Positions 31,280-44,532 of a stretch of 64,000 nucleotides of DNA are shown piece after piece; position 1 is the first letter of the stretch; every line of letters begins with the position of its first letter. The notes under the pieces were generated by a model, which was not told the origin of the DNA, did no database searches, and saw nothing but the letters and a program-made list of their open reading frames with translations. This DNA is from the human T2T-CHM13v2.0 reference genome, Homo sapiens. The stretch lies in assembly GCF_009914755.1 (NCBI RefSeq), contig NC_060926.1; one strand, 5' to 3'. A program made the translations under genes and the position numbers.

Positions 31280-32330
31280 GAGGGATAGATCGGCGGCAGC
31301 GCAGTCGGAGGGGCGGGGAGCCCCACTCCGTCCAAATCCCGCGGGTCAGGGCTAATCACCCCACGTCCCGTCTGAGCCACCCTCCTTGTGTCCCGCGCGG
31401 GTTGCAGCTGCTGGAACCCAAGAACACAGGGCACTGACAAGTGACAACAACCGTCAGCGTTGACTGTCACTGCGGCTCCAGGCCGCGGAGGGAAGGCTGA
31501 GCTTGCGTCCAGGCCGCGTCCCCGGGAGCGTAGACACCTAAGCCAACGGGAACGGAAGACCCTTCTACCTACTAGGCCGCGGTAGCTTCTCCTCCCGCGA
31601 TTTAAATCCACCGGAATTCGAATCCTTCCCCATAGCTCTTCGCATCCCGCCCACCTGAGTCCCGCCCTGCTCAGAACTCGCGCAGGCGCCGAGAGGGGCG
31701 CGCAGTGCCTTTGGGGATTGGTAGTTTTTTCCAGGGCGTCTCCGCTCGGGAAAGGAAGTGAAGAAAGCCACCAGGACTACAAGGCCCGGCGTCCTCCAAG
31801 ATGGGAGGGAGGTGAAAAGGGTGTTGGGGAATAAGCCGGGGTTTTTAAACAGTAGTTTTGAGGCGGCGAGACTGGGGAATCCCCGGTTGCGTCATTAGTA
31901 GGCGTGGAGGGGCGGGACTCGTGAAGCTGCGCTGGGGCCGGGCTCTGAGAGGACCGGCGCAGCCGCGGGGAGCCTTTGAGGCCCTCCCTCGGTGTTTTTT
32001 CCCAGGGCGTGGGCTTGCCCCGCGCGTGTCTGTGGAGGGCGGAAACAGCGGAGGGGCCAGTCTCCTGGCGAAGGGGCCTAATCCTTGCCCGCCATGTCCG
32101 GGGGCTTCGAGCTGCAGCCGCGGGACGGCGGTCCCCGGGTGGCCCTGGCGCCCGGGGAGACGGTGATCGGCCGCGGGCCGCTGCTGGGAGTAAGTGTGGG
32201 CGGGGGCTTAGCGGACCCCGAGAGCCGTGGAGTTCCGCGCCGGCTCCTGAAGACCGGCCCTAGTCCTGGCCGGTTTCCCCACCGCACTGGTCCGCCGGTC
32301 CGGATTTTAGAAGTTTGGGGCCGCACGTTT
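31280..32330. promoter_or_regulatory. CpG island; bidirectional FBXO48/APLF promoter
   Basis: High GC and CpG density. ZNF143-like ACTACCAATCCCCAAAGGCAC (minus, 31705-31725), ETS GGAAGTG (~31754), GGGGAATCCCC (31874-31884), TTGCGTCAT (31887-31895), GC box (~31908-31919). Candidate FBXO48 exon 1 donor TAG|GTAGAA at 31569/31568. Confidence 0.92.
32094..32189 (+). CDS. APLF: APLF coding exon 1 (aa 1-32, start of FHA domain)
   Basis: gccATG; MSGGFELQPRDGGPRVALAPGETVIGRGPLLG with the FHA GR motif; donor GTAAGT at 32190. Confidence 0.97.
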
Positions 32331-32412
32331 TTCAGTTACCTTTAAGCCAATTCACAAACATTTCTTTATGTTGCTTTTAAAACACTGACTGTATTACCAT
32401 TATTATCTTATC

Positions 32413-32641
32413 CAGGGATTGGCAAACTAGTGCCTGGGGGCCAAATCCAGCCTATGTTTGTATGGCCCCATGAACTAAGAATGATTCTTAAATTCTGAAA
32501 TGTAAAATGTAAACAAAAAATCTACTAATTTTTCAGGGGGAATAGTTGCTCCAAGGGTTGAGGGTATTGCGGCTTGTCTTGTAAAGCCTAAAATATTTAC
32601 AGTAGTGTCTGGTCCTTTACAGAAAAGTTTGCCAAACTGTG
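32413..32641 (+). mobile_element. MER58-family hAT MITE
   Basis: CAGGGATTGGCAAACT...GGCCAAATCCAGCC ... CCTTTACAGAAAAGTTTGCC. Confidence 0.8.
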
Positions 32642-33349
32642 ATATTACGTCTTCTAGGCTAATTTCTTTTAACCTTTGGTCTCCTTTGCAGAGCTGTGTG
32701 GACCTTATTTATTTATATTATTTATTATTTCCAGTAAAATGAGTAGCTAACCCTTCATAAGTAATGTGTATAGCGTTCGTGTCATTGGTCTAAGGAGACA
32801 TTACCTATACCAACATCTTTAACTGTCTCAAGACCGTATCAGTTAGCTATTTTTATTATCCTCATTGTTCAGATGAGAAAATTGAGCCATACATACATTA
32901 TTTAAAGTCCATACATAAGCTTTTGGACACATAATGCCACAAAGCTAAATATTCTCTACCTTCTTTGGGAGAGGTTTAGGAATAAGAACATTTGCATATT
33001 GCATTCTGGAATTCTATAGATCTCTTAAGTACATCTAGTTTTCTATTTTGTTCTTTAACATTCAACATTTCTTGTTTGGTGCTCACTGTGTAGAACATTT
33101 TGCAGATTCTAGCACTGTGGGGCATACAAAGATGAATGGAACATGGGTCCCTACCCTTTAGGAGTTTTCTCTTGGGACCGGGGAGACACCTGTGTCAGTG
33201 AGCTAACACCAAGGAGTAAGGAGTGTGTACTGTTGTCCTGGTTAACTTCCAGAGTCTAAATGGAACCATTGGTACTTGCCTTAGGTCCCTTCTGGGAGCA
33301 GGGAAAGGAGTGGTAGTTTAAGATTGTATTATGGAAGCTGGTCCTAAAG

Positions 33350-33352
<3 letters not shown>

Positions 33353-33388
<36 letters not shown>

Positions 33389-33406
33389 GTGTGTTGTGTG
33401 TTGTGT
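33353..33406. repeat. (GT)n microsatellite
   Basis: Read directly. Confidence 0.95.
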
Positions 33407-34554
33407 ACATGCACATGTGCATGTGGTAAGGTTATTGAGGAAGTAGATATTCAATTGCTGTTCATTTTTTTACTGGACAAGTGATTATTTAAATATTTAA
33501 CATCATTTCTATTTTTTTCATCGTTTGTTGGCCTATACAAACACTGGAAGGAACTGTCTGGAGGCTTTATTTTTCTTTTAAATTCGTAGGTTTGAAACTT
33601 AAGAGTATGTGCTTAATCTAGTAATCATATGTCTGGTGACTAACGAGTTTTGACTTGCTTAAGAAATTGTCACCAGTAGAGTACTGTGGGTCTGGTTAAA
33701 AGGTGGATGAATTTTAGGGCCGTGGTTTAGAAACATGGCAACAGATTGCAGACCGTTTCATTATTTGTAGCTTGTTCTTTGTGTTGTCGACTTGCTAATG
33801 TGAGATGAGCCTATTTGGTATCTGTTTTTAAAAATGGTAAGGAGTGAAAGCTGGGCAATTACCTGGTCAAGATTTTGCTTTTCCTTTTGAAATAACATTC
33901 AGGGATGAGATTCTTTTGCCAAGGTTGGCGTGTATCAGAAGTGGTTATGAATGACATCCTAAGTGTGTTAAAGGAAAAATTTGGAGAACAAACAAATCGC
34001 CTTGTAGTTTTTTCGATTTTGGAGCTGACAGATGCACTCGATTCTTCTCTGCACTGGTTAAAACACAACATAAGGGCTCCTGTTTCCAACAACAGCAATT
34101 CCAGTGAGATTTATTTTTGTATTGTGAGAGAGCGAAGACTGAGTTCTAAGTGGAAAACTCAGTAAGTTCATTGTAAATTGGAATCGGAAACGATTAATAT
34201 AAATAAGGATGATTTTGAACTTTCTTAATTGGGCATGTTTTTCTGAGACAAGCTTCACAAACCTTGATGGCCACACAAACATAAAAGTTTATAATCTGAC
34301 TGTGTAAAATAGTCTTGGTAGTAAAACAGTTTGACAATGAGAATGGTTTTGTATTTTTATGGTGGTAGGAAAACACAACAGAGAAACCTGTCACAGAGAA
34401 CAAAGGACAATGAAATTTAATCTTTCTTGTTCCCTTTGCTTTCATGTGAGTCATCAGAGAACCCCAGGTCTTTGTTTACTAGATTTTGATTCTGCTCCAT
34501 GATTGGCATCAGTTAGAAGGTTTTACAGCAGGATTAATCTTCAGAGAACTTGAG

Positions 34555-34922
34555 TTAAAACAGCCAATCCAAAAGATTACATATTGTGTGATTCCATTTA
34601 TATAACATCATTGAAATTGCGAAATTGCAAAATTTCAAAAATGGAGAACAGATTAGTGGTTGCCAAAGGTTAAAAAATTAGGCAGCAGGGCAGAAGGGAA
34701 TGGATATGGCTATAAAATAGCAACATGAGGGATATTTGTGGTGATAGAAATGTGCTTTGTCTGGACTGTGTCAGTATCAATATCTTAGGTTGATATATTG
34801 TACTATAGTTTTGTAAGACGTTACCATTAGGGGAAACTGGATAAATGGTACAAGAGATATTTCTATATTATATCTTTCAACTACATGTGAATCTACCATT
34901 ATCTTAAGAAATTTAATTTAAA
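34555..34922 (+). mobile_element. L1MC/MD-type 3' end
   Basis: GGAGAACAGATTAGTGGTTGCC, GTTACCATTAGGGGAAACTGG, CATGTGAATCTAC. Confidence 0.75.
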
Positions 34923-36155
34923 AGGGTTTTACAGTACGACATGTCAAGCACTGTTAGGCCAAAGTATTTGCTTTATGGGTTTTAATTAAAGCTGTTACAC
35001 TCTTAAATGAAATCTACTATTTCTGATTTCAGATTTTTCTTATTTTGTTTTGACAGCAGGGATTATATGACACATTTCTTTATGATCTATTTTCCTCCTA
35101 GGAAACAAGATAGCAAAAGATATCTAGTGATACTTTCTCAATGTAGATGTAATTAAATTGACTGCTTTGATTAAAAGGAGAAGAGTCCTCAGTTGGGGGA
35201 ACAGGGAAGGTCATAGGCTTCAGTATAGACTCTTCAGGTGGCATCAGTTCACCACTTCTAAGAATGTTGTAAATGTTCTACAAAGTTTACACAAAGTAAC
35301 CATCCCCTGACCTGGCAGCTCTATACTTTTAACTGCTTGTTGCAGAATCCTGGCTGTCCTGGAATGCTGTTCCTACCTGCTCCAACATAGGTTTCTTCCC
35401 TTACGTTTCTTTTATTTCTAGATTTGCCCTTCCCTCATTTTATTATTTAGCCTACAACCAGTGCCTAGCACACAGTAGGCCTTTAACACGTGATTTCTTC
35501 CTTCCATTTCGGCATCTCAGCCTCTCATTCACTCTACCCTCAAAAAGAGCCTAATTGTGACTTAGATATGAAAAAGGGTTATCATTGAGTTTTGAAGTGA
35601 ATTTAAATATAGTAAAGATGCAGTCCTACCAACTGCTAAATCTTGAGTAGCATTCATAATGAATTAAGTTTTAACATTTTTCCTGTTTTGTTGATTGATA
35701 ATTCGCTAAATTCAGGAAATAGCTGATAAATATATACTATGGTTGGATGGGAGGGAGTATAGGAGAAATAAAGGTGAATGAGAAACAAGTCTTTGCTCTC
35801 AAGAAACTTATAGTTTTGTAGGGTTAAGAGACAAATAAACAAGTATTAGTAACTAAATAAGGCTACAACCTCACATGGGGACTGGCGCCAGGCTGACACT
35901 TGGAGTAAGCGAAGTGGGAGGGAAGAAGAAAAACAACACAGGGACAGTGATAAATGACAACAGTTCTGCCTCAGTGTTGGGAAGGCCACAAGGAGAGGGT
36001 CTCTATGCAATCCCTGCTACTTTCCCCTATTCCCAGTTGGTAACAGTGTCATATTGTTTTTTTAAGAATAGTAAGAAATTTGAATTTTTAGATATAATCA
36101 CTGATTTTTAAAAGGTCACATTTTTATTAAAAGTTTTGGTTAAATACCATGAGTC

Positions 36156-36909
36156 TGTTGATGAAGAGTTAAATTCTATAAAATATTTCAAGAGATTTAT
36201 TCTGAGCCAAATATGAGTGACCATGGCCCGTGACACAGCCCTCAGGAGGTCCTGAGAGCATGTTCCCAAGATGGTCAGGGTACAGCTTGGTTTTTATATA
36301 TTTTAGGGAGGCATGAGACATCAATCAAATACATTTAAGAAATACATTGGTTTGGTTCAGAAAGGCAGGACAACCCAAAGCAGGGGCTTCCAGGCTATAG
36401 GTAAATTTAAACATTTTCTGGTTGACAATTAGTTGAGTTTATCTCAAGACCTAAGATCAAAGGAAATGTTCAGGTTAAGATAAAGGATTGTGGAGACGAA
36501 GTTTTATTTTGCAGAGCTCTCAGATAGCGGACTTCAGAGATAGCAGGTTGTAAAATGTTTCTTATGAGACCTGAAAGAGTGCCTGGCTCTTAATTGATTA
36601 TCTCCTGGATCTGGAAAGGAAGGAAGGAAAACAAAGGGGAAAGGGAATTCTCTATAGAATGTGGGTTTTTCCCACAAGAGACTTTGCAGGACAGTTCCAA
36701 GGTATGGCAAAGAAATATATTTTAGGGTAAAACATTTTGATTTTCTTCCTTGTTATGCCTGAGTCAGACTGGAAAGTAAGTCACGTTATACAGGGTTAAA
36801 TAAAACTCATCTGATGAGAATTTATGGTTTGTAGGGCATGACTCCCCAGACCCCTTAGAAAGGAATTTGGGCAAGATAAAAAAAAATAATAATCAGAGCT
36901 TAGTCCTCA
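36156..36909 (-). mobile_element. MER4-family ERV1 solo LTR
   Basis: Minus strand starts TGAGGACTAAGCTCTGATT...TCTTGCCCAAATTCC and ends AATAAATCTCTT...TCATCAACA. Confidence 0.85.
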
Positions 36910-37199
36910 AGCTAGACAGAATGATGTCACAGGGTACAGAGAGGTATAAGAAGGAACCTGAAGTTAAGAGGTGGGATCAGGGAAAGAAAGCTTCATGAAC
37001 TTGGTAGCATGTTGAGTTTGACTGTGGTGTGTTGGGACAGTTAGAATTTTGGTAGGTGGAGTGGGTGGTGTAAGGAAGGGCTTGCGTGGTTTAAGGCTCT
37101 AAGATATGGTGTGTTGGATAATTGGGTAGGTGTTGACCAGGCTTGTGGGATGATCACATTATGTCAATGATCCCGTTTAACTTTTACAAACATTGTTTT

Positions 37200-38090
37200 T
37201 TAATATATTAGTTTTTAAAATAGACTTTATTTTATGGAGGAGTTTTAGGTTCACAGCAAAACTGAGTGGAAAGTACAGAGAGTTCCCATATACTCTCTGC
37301 CCTCTTACATGTACAGCTTCCCCGACTATCAACATTCTACACAGTATGGTATGTTTGTTGGAATTGATGAATCCACATTGACATGTCATTATCACCCAAA
37401 GTTCATGGTTTACACTGGGGTTAACTCTTGGTATTGTACATCTTATGGGTTTTGACAAATGTATAATGACATTTATCTACCATTGCAGTATAACACAGAG
37501 TTGTTCCACTGCCCTAAAATTTTCTGTGCTCTGCCTATTCATCCCCCAGAGGCTCCCCAGGACCCCTGGCAACTACTGAATTCTTTTACTTTCTCCATGG
37601 TTTTGCCTTTTTCAGAATGTCATAGAGTTGGAGTCATACAGTACATAACCTTTTCAGGTTTCACTTAGTAATATGTATTTAAGGTTCCTCCAAGTCTTTT
37701 CATGGCTTGATAGCTCATTTCTTTTTAGTGATGAATAATATTCCATTGTCGGTTTATCCATTCACCTACTAAAGGTCATCTTGGTTGCTTTCAAGTTTTA
37801 GTGATCATGGATAATACAACTACAAACATTTGGGTGCAGATTTTTGTGTGAACGTAGGTCTTCAACTCATTTAGGTAGATACTAAGGAGCACAGTTGCTG
37901 GATTGGATAGTAAAGTTGTATAGTAATAGTATGTTTAGTGTTGTAAGAAACCGCCAAACTGTCTTCCAGAGTGGCTGTACTATTTGCATTCCCACCAGCA
38001 ATGAGTGACAGTTCTTGTCACTGGACATCCTTATCAACATTTGGTGTTATCAGTGTTTTAAATTTTGATCATTCTAATAGATGTGAGGTA
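37200..38090 (-). mobile_element. L1MB/MC-type 3' end
   Basis: TTTAGGTTCACAGCAAAACTGAG...TTTGCATTCCCACCAGCAATG. Confidence 0.8.
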
Positions 38091-38109
38091 AATCACTTTT
38101 CATATGTAT

Positions 38110-38890
38110 ATTTTGAGTGGACAAAAATACAGCAGTCAACACAGAAGACTCCTGTGATTGAATATGTGGTTATTTCTCCCTACCAACAAGCAAGCGGTCA
38201 CTTTTACAGCAGACATCAACTGGGTGTCCTCTAATTCAATTTAATTCTGACACCATCTATCTGGAGATAGCATCAGCTCCCACATGTTGAGGGCTCAGTT
38301 CCCAAGATTTCCCCCCACTTCTGATGGCAATTGCAAGCCCCAAGTTGTTTTACCTGTGCTTCTGAACCACTGGATGTAAACCAGGGATCCCATGGCCCTT
38401 TCCTTGGGCTCTATTAATTTGCTAGAGCAGCTCCTAGAACTGGTTTGTTATAAGGGATATGACAAAGGATACAGATGAGGAGATGCATAGGGTAAGCTAT
38501 GGGAAGGGATACTGAGCTTCCATGCTCTCACCAAGTGTGCCACCCTCCAGAAACCTCTACATGTTCACCTGTTTGGAAGCTTTCCTAACCCTGTCCCCTT
38601 TGGGTTTTTATGGAGTCATCGTTATTTAGTCATGATTGATTAAACCATTGGGCATTAGTGATCAGCTAACCTTTAGCCCCTCTCGTCTCCCTAGAGGAGG
38701 CTGGGGCTTGGGGCTGAAAGTCCCAATTCTCTATACCTTGGTCTTTCCAGTGACTAGCTCCCACCCTGAAGCTATCTAGGGGCTGCTAGATGTCACTTAA
38801 CTCATTAGCATACAAAAAGACATCACTTGGGAGATTCTGAGGATTTTAGTGGTTATGCCAGGCAACAGGGACAAAGACTATATTTTACAA
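38110..38890. mobile_element. MER21-like LTR
   Basis: CTGACACCATCTATCTGGAGATAGCATCAG...GAGGGCTCAGTTCC, GGGGCTGAAAGTCCCAA. Confidence 0.7.
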
Positions 38891-39044
38891 TTATATATAT
38901 CTTCCCCTGAATTAATGCCTTCAAATTTTCATCCCCCATTTACTACTTACCATGAATATGCTATCTTCTCACATGTCTTCATACTTTTGTATGAGTTCCT
39001 TTCTTTGGTAATTTGGTTCTGTAGGTAGTGTCTGGGTATCTGTA

Positions 39045-39332
39045 TTTTTTTGAGATGGAGTTTTGTTCTTGTTGCCCAGGCTGGAGTTCAATGGTGCGAT
39101 CTTGGCTCACCACAACCTCTGCCTTCTGGGTTCAAGAGATTCTCCTGCCTCAGCCTCCTGAGTAGCTGGAATTATAGGCATGTGCCACCACAACCGGCTG
39201 ATTTTGTATTTTTAATAGAGACACGGTTTCTCTATGTTGATCAGGCTGGTCTCGAACTCCTGACCTTAGGTGATCTGCCTGCCTCAGCCTCCCAAAGTGT
39301 TGAGATTACAGGCGTGAGCCTCCGCGCCTGGG
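39045..39332 (-). mobile_element. AluS (Sp/Sq-like), TSD about GTATCTGTATTTTT
   Basis: Antisense Alu with matching flanks. Confidence 0.9.
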
Positions 39333-40559
39333 TAGTATCTGTATTTTTAAAAGCTCTGAAGATGATTGTATTGCAAAGCCAGAGTTAAAAACTACTTCTA
39401 GACACACTAAGTAGAGTACTTGGCACAGAATAGGTCTTTAAGAAATGTCTGCTGAACCGAACTGAATAAGCAAAATAACTACTTAGACACATTAATTTTC
39501 CAAAGTCCCAAGTGGTGCTTTAAACCCACTTTTGTCTTCTTAAGCTTTCCTTATGTCTTTACTTACTATGTTGCCTCTGTCATCATATATTAATGATGAG
39601 GATGATGTTCTCACACTTGTGCAGCATTCACTATGTAAGCAGCATTGCAAGCCAAACAGGTTGGATGAGTTGAAATTTCAGTGACATCATGATAGTCAGC
39701 ACAATTTCATCATATTGGCTAACAATTCACCAGCCTTGAATTAGAGCTCAAAAAGCATTGGATTTGCTTTTTAAAATCTAAAGTGATGCATATTAATCAG
39801 TATTGTGAATTAGGTGTTTGTGAGGTTGCCTGATAACCTACCATTTACACCATTATTCTTATGGGAAAGCATATTCACAAGTTCCAAAGAACATTTCACA
39901 TCAAATATATTAACCTTTTAAAGAGAACTTGATTTCTGAATTGAAGTGTTTATGGGGAGTCTCTGGGCAAAATCAAGTCTATTTCTTCATAATTGCCCCT
40001 TCTTAACATCAGAAGTTGGACTTTGTACATTCCAAATACGATAATGTCAAACATCTTATATCAACTACTTTTGCTCTGTTGAAGAATAAGACCGACCTCT
40101 TATCAAATATTATGGCAGAGTCTCAGCATAGATGACTGAGCTCTGGAATGCATGCTGGACTTGGCACTGGGAAGATATCTAGATAAGACAATTTTATGAT
40201 TTGTAGATTTCTTTATAGTAACCAGTCTGGATTCAGTTTAAGTCTTTTATATATATATATATATTTTACTTACCCTCTGCTCCACAAAAGTAGAAGGAAA
40301 TAATCTAATGAAATTATGTCTAAAATAGATCCCATGCTTTTTTTTTTAGGTTTATGCATTTCACCATAATACTGGCTCAAATCCTATACTAGATGACTTT
40401 CTGTTTTTCTCTACCATGAAAATTTGAATTTGTCTATTTTTGTCTGTTGTTGATACAGCAAACTAGATAATCTTTTGGGAAAGCACTGTAAATTGTGAAG
40501 TATTGTGTAAAGTAATGTTTTTTGTGTGTATTATGCTCTTTCCCAATTTTGCAAGATTA

Positions 40560-40970
<411 letters not shown>

Positions 40971-41216
40971 TTAATCTGTGTACATAGGTATATATATTTT
41001 ATTCAGTGTATATATTGTGCAATAGTTACCACTGATTTTTAATTAATATTATACTATAAATTTTATTATTAATATTCTGAATAGTATTTTCAGTACAACC
41101 TTCCAGTGGCTTACTGTCACACTTAAAACCCAAAGTCCTAATGGGTATGAGGTTTCCTTTTGGAGTGATGAATACATCCTGGAAATAGAAGTGATGGTTG
41201 CACAATTTTGTGAATA

Positions 41217-44200
41217 CAGTTAACCCTGAACAACATGGGTTTTGAACGGCATAGGTCCACTTCTATGCAGATTCAACAAGTATATTGGAAAAGTTTTTGG
41301 GAGATTTGTGACAATTTGAAAAACCTCACAAACTCTATATTTAAAAAACATTGAAAAATTAAAAAGATATGTCATGAATAAATGAAATATATGTAGGTAG
41401 TAGTCTATTTTATCATTTACTACCATAAAATATACTCAAATCTATTATAAAAAGGTAAAATTTATCAAAACATACACACACAAACACAGAGTGTACATAG
41501 TGCCATTTGCAGTTGAGAGATATGTAGACAAATGTAAAGCATAAAATTCACTGTAATACATACTGTACTTCTGTAATAATTTCTAGCCACTTCTTGTTGC
41601 TGTTTTGGTGAGCTTTACTGTTGCAGGTATCTGCTTACGACAACGTGTGATGTGAATCATCTCAGCATGAGCAGTTCAACTCTCCAGTAAATTGTATATC
41701 ATAATAAAAACAGATCTCAGCTGGGTGTGGTGGCTCATGCCTGTAATCCTAGCACTTTGGGAGGCTGAGGTGGGAGGACAGCTTGAGCCTGGAATTCAAG
41801 ATCAGCCTGGACAACATAATGGGACTCCATCTCTACAAAAAGTAAATTAAAAAAAAAATTAGCTAGGCATGGTGGTACATGCCTGTAATCCCAGCTACTC
41901 GGAGGCTGAGGTGGGAACCTCACTTGAGCCTGGGAGATTGAGGCAGCAGTGAGCCATGACTGCACCATTTTACTCCAGCCTGAGTGACAGAGTGAGACCC
42001 TGTCTGTATTAGTCTGTTCTCACACTGCTAATAAAGACATAACCAAAACTGGATAATTTATGAAGGAAAGAAGCTTAATAGACTCACAGTTCCACATGGC
42101 TGGGGAGGCCTCATAATCATGGTGGAAGGCGAATGAGGCGCAAAGTCAAACGTCTTACATGGCATCAGGCAAGAGAGCTTGTGCAGGGGAACTCCCATTT
42201 ATAAAACCATCAGATCTCGTGAGACTTATTTACTACCCTGAGAACAGTATGGGAGAAACCACCCCATGATTCAGTTATCTCCACCTAGTCCCACCCTTGA
42301 CATGTGGGATTGTTACAATACAAGGTGAGATTTGGGTGGGGACACAGCCAAACTATACTATATCACTCTTTAAAAAAAAAAAAGGTGATGTCTCATGAGT
42401 CTTGTATTTTTTTATTGTGTTTAGTGCAATACCGTAAACCTTGATTAACACACCATGGGACCATGGGACCTATGTGAAATACCACTAGTGATACTGGAAG
42501 TTCTCCCAAAAAGCAGAGAAAAATAATGGCAGAAAAAAAAAAGAAAAGAAAAATTACAAGAAAAAGTTGAATTCCTTGATATATACAGTAGATTAAGGTC
42601 TGCAGCTGTGTTGCCTGCCATTTCAAAATAAATGAATACAGCATATGGACGATTGTAAAAAAAGGAAAAGGAAATTCATGAAGCTTTCACTGCAGCTATG
42701 CCAGCAGGTGGGAAAACCTTGTGCTTTTTGTAAAACACCTTTTTATCTTGTATTGAAAATGCAATTTTTATGTGGATAGAGGCTTGCTATAAGAAAAACA
42801 TACCTATAGACTCTAATATGATTCAAGAAAAAGCAAAGCCATTATGTGACAACTTAAAGCAAAGGGAGGGTAAAAGATCTAAAGCTCGAGAATTTAATGC
42901 CAACAAAGAATGGTTTAATAATTTTAAAAAGATGTTTGGCTTTTAAAATGTCAAGGTAACAGAAAATGCAGTGTCTGCTGCCCAAGCAGCAGCAGATGAA
43001 TTCCCAGATGTCATTAAGATAATCATTGAGGAGAAAGGATGTCTGTCTGAACAGGTTTTTTAATGTAGATCAAAGTGCCCTACTCTGGAAAAAAAAAATG
43101 CCACAAAGGACAGTTATTAGTAAGGAAGAGAAGTGAGCACTGGGATTTAAGGCAGGAAAGGATAGCCAGTTCTACTGTTTTGTGCAAATGCAGTTGGGTT
43201 TATGATTAGTACTGCCCTTATCTACAAAGGTGCTAACCCCTGAGACTTGGAGGGAAAAGATAACCACCAGCTGCCATTCTTTTGGTTGTACAAAGAGAAG
43301 GTGTAGACATGAAAATCCTTTTTCTGAATTGGTTCTGTCAATGCTTTGTCCCTGAAGTCAGGAAGTACCTTGCCAGTAAGAGACTGCCTTTTAGAATTCT
43401 TTTGAACAATGCCTCTGGCCACCCAGAGCCCCATGAGTTGAGTAACGAAGGTGCTGAAGTGGTCTACTTTCCCCCAAACACAGCATCTCTAATTCAGCCA
43501 CTAGATGAGGGAATCATAAGGACTTTTAAGGCTCATTATACACAGTACTCTATGGAAAAGATTGTCAGTGTTATGGAAGAGAACCTCCCTAGAGAGAACA
43601 TCACGAGTCCCGAAGGATTACACCATTGAAGACACCATTGTTGTTATGGAAAAAGTCATGAAAGCCATCAAGCCTGAAGCAGTAAATTCCTGCTGAAGGA
43701 AACTGTCCAGATGATATGCATGACTTCACAGGTTTTATGACAAAGCCAATCAAATAAATTATGGAAGAGATTGTGGATATGGCCAAAAAGTCAGGGGTGA
43801 AGGATTTCAAGGTATAGATATTGGAGAAATTCAAGAGCTAATAAACACTAATTAACACAAGACAACTTGATGGAGATGAATGCTTCTGAGCCAGTGCCAG
43901 CAATGAGGAAGACATGTAGAAGCAGCAGTGCCAGTTACCAAACCAACACTAAACACTGTGGCAGAAGGGTTACGTTTATTCAAGACTGCTTTTCTTTTAC
44001 AACATGGACCTTTCTATGATACAGACCCTGAAACTAAACAAATGGTGGAATAAGATTGGAACTGTATAAAAACTTTTTTTTTAAAGAAATGGAAAGCAAA
44101 AAAGTTAGGCAAGTTATCATGTATTTTCATAAAGTTACACCAAGTATGTCTGCCTTTCTTGCCTTCCCTTCTACCTCCTTTACCTTTTACACCTTTGCCA

Positions 44201-44530
44201 CCCTGAGATAGCATGAGCAGCTCTTCCTATTCCTCCTCCTCCTCAGCCTACTCAAGGTGAAGACAATGAAGATGAAGACCTATATGATGATCCACTTCCA
44301 TTTAATGAATAATACATATATTTTCTCTTCCTTACGATTTTCTGAATAACATGCTCTTTTCTCTAGCTTATTATAAGAATATACTGTAAAATACATATAA
44401 CATGCAAAATATGTGTTAATCAATCATTTATAATTGATTAAAGCTTCCAGTCAACAGTAGGCTATTGGTAGTTAAGTTTTGGGGGAGTCAAGGTTGGTTC
44501 CCCTAACCCCCATATTGTTAAAGTATCCTG
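41217..44530 (+). mobile_element. Near full-length Tigger2-like pogo transposon with disabled transposase; nested AluJ (41720-42004) and THE1 LTR (42005-42365)
   Basis: TA-flanked terminal inverted repeats CAGTTAACCCTGAACAAC / TTGTTAAAGTATCCTG; DDE fragment FLNWF...LLNNASGHP...FPPNTASLIQPLDEGII at 43282-43629. Confidence 0.88.
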
Positions 44531-44532
44531 TA

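Noticed and set aside
43282-43629. Transposase ORF as a domesticated TIGD-like gene
   Set aside because: Flanked by stops and frameshifts inside an ordinary decayed Tigger; expected LLDN and PLDQ motifs are altered
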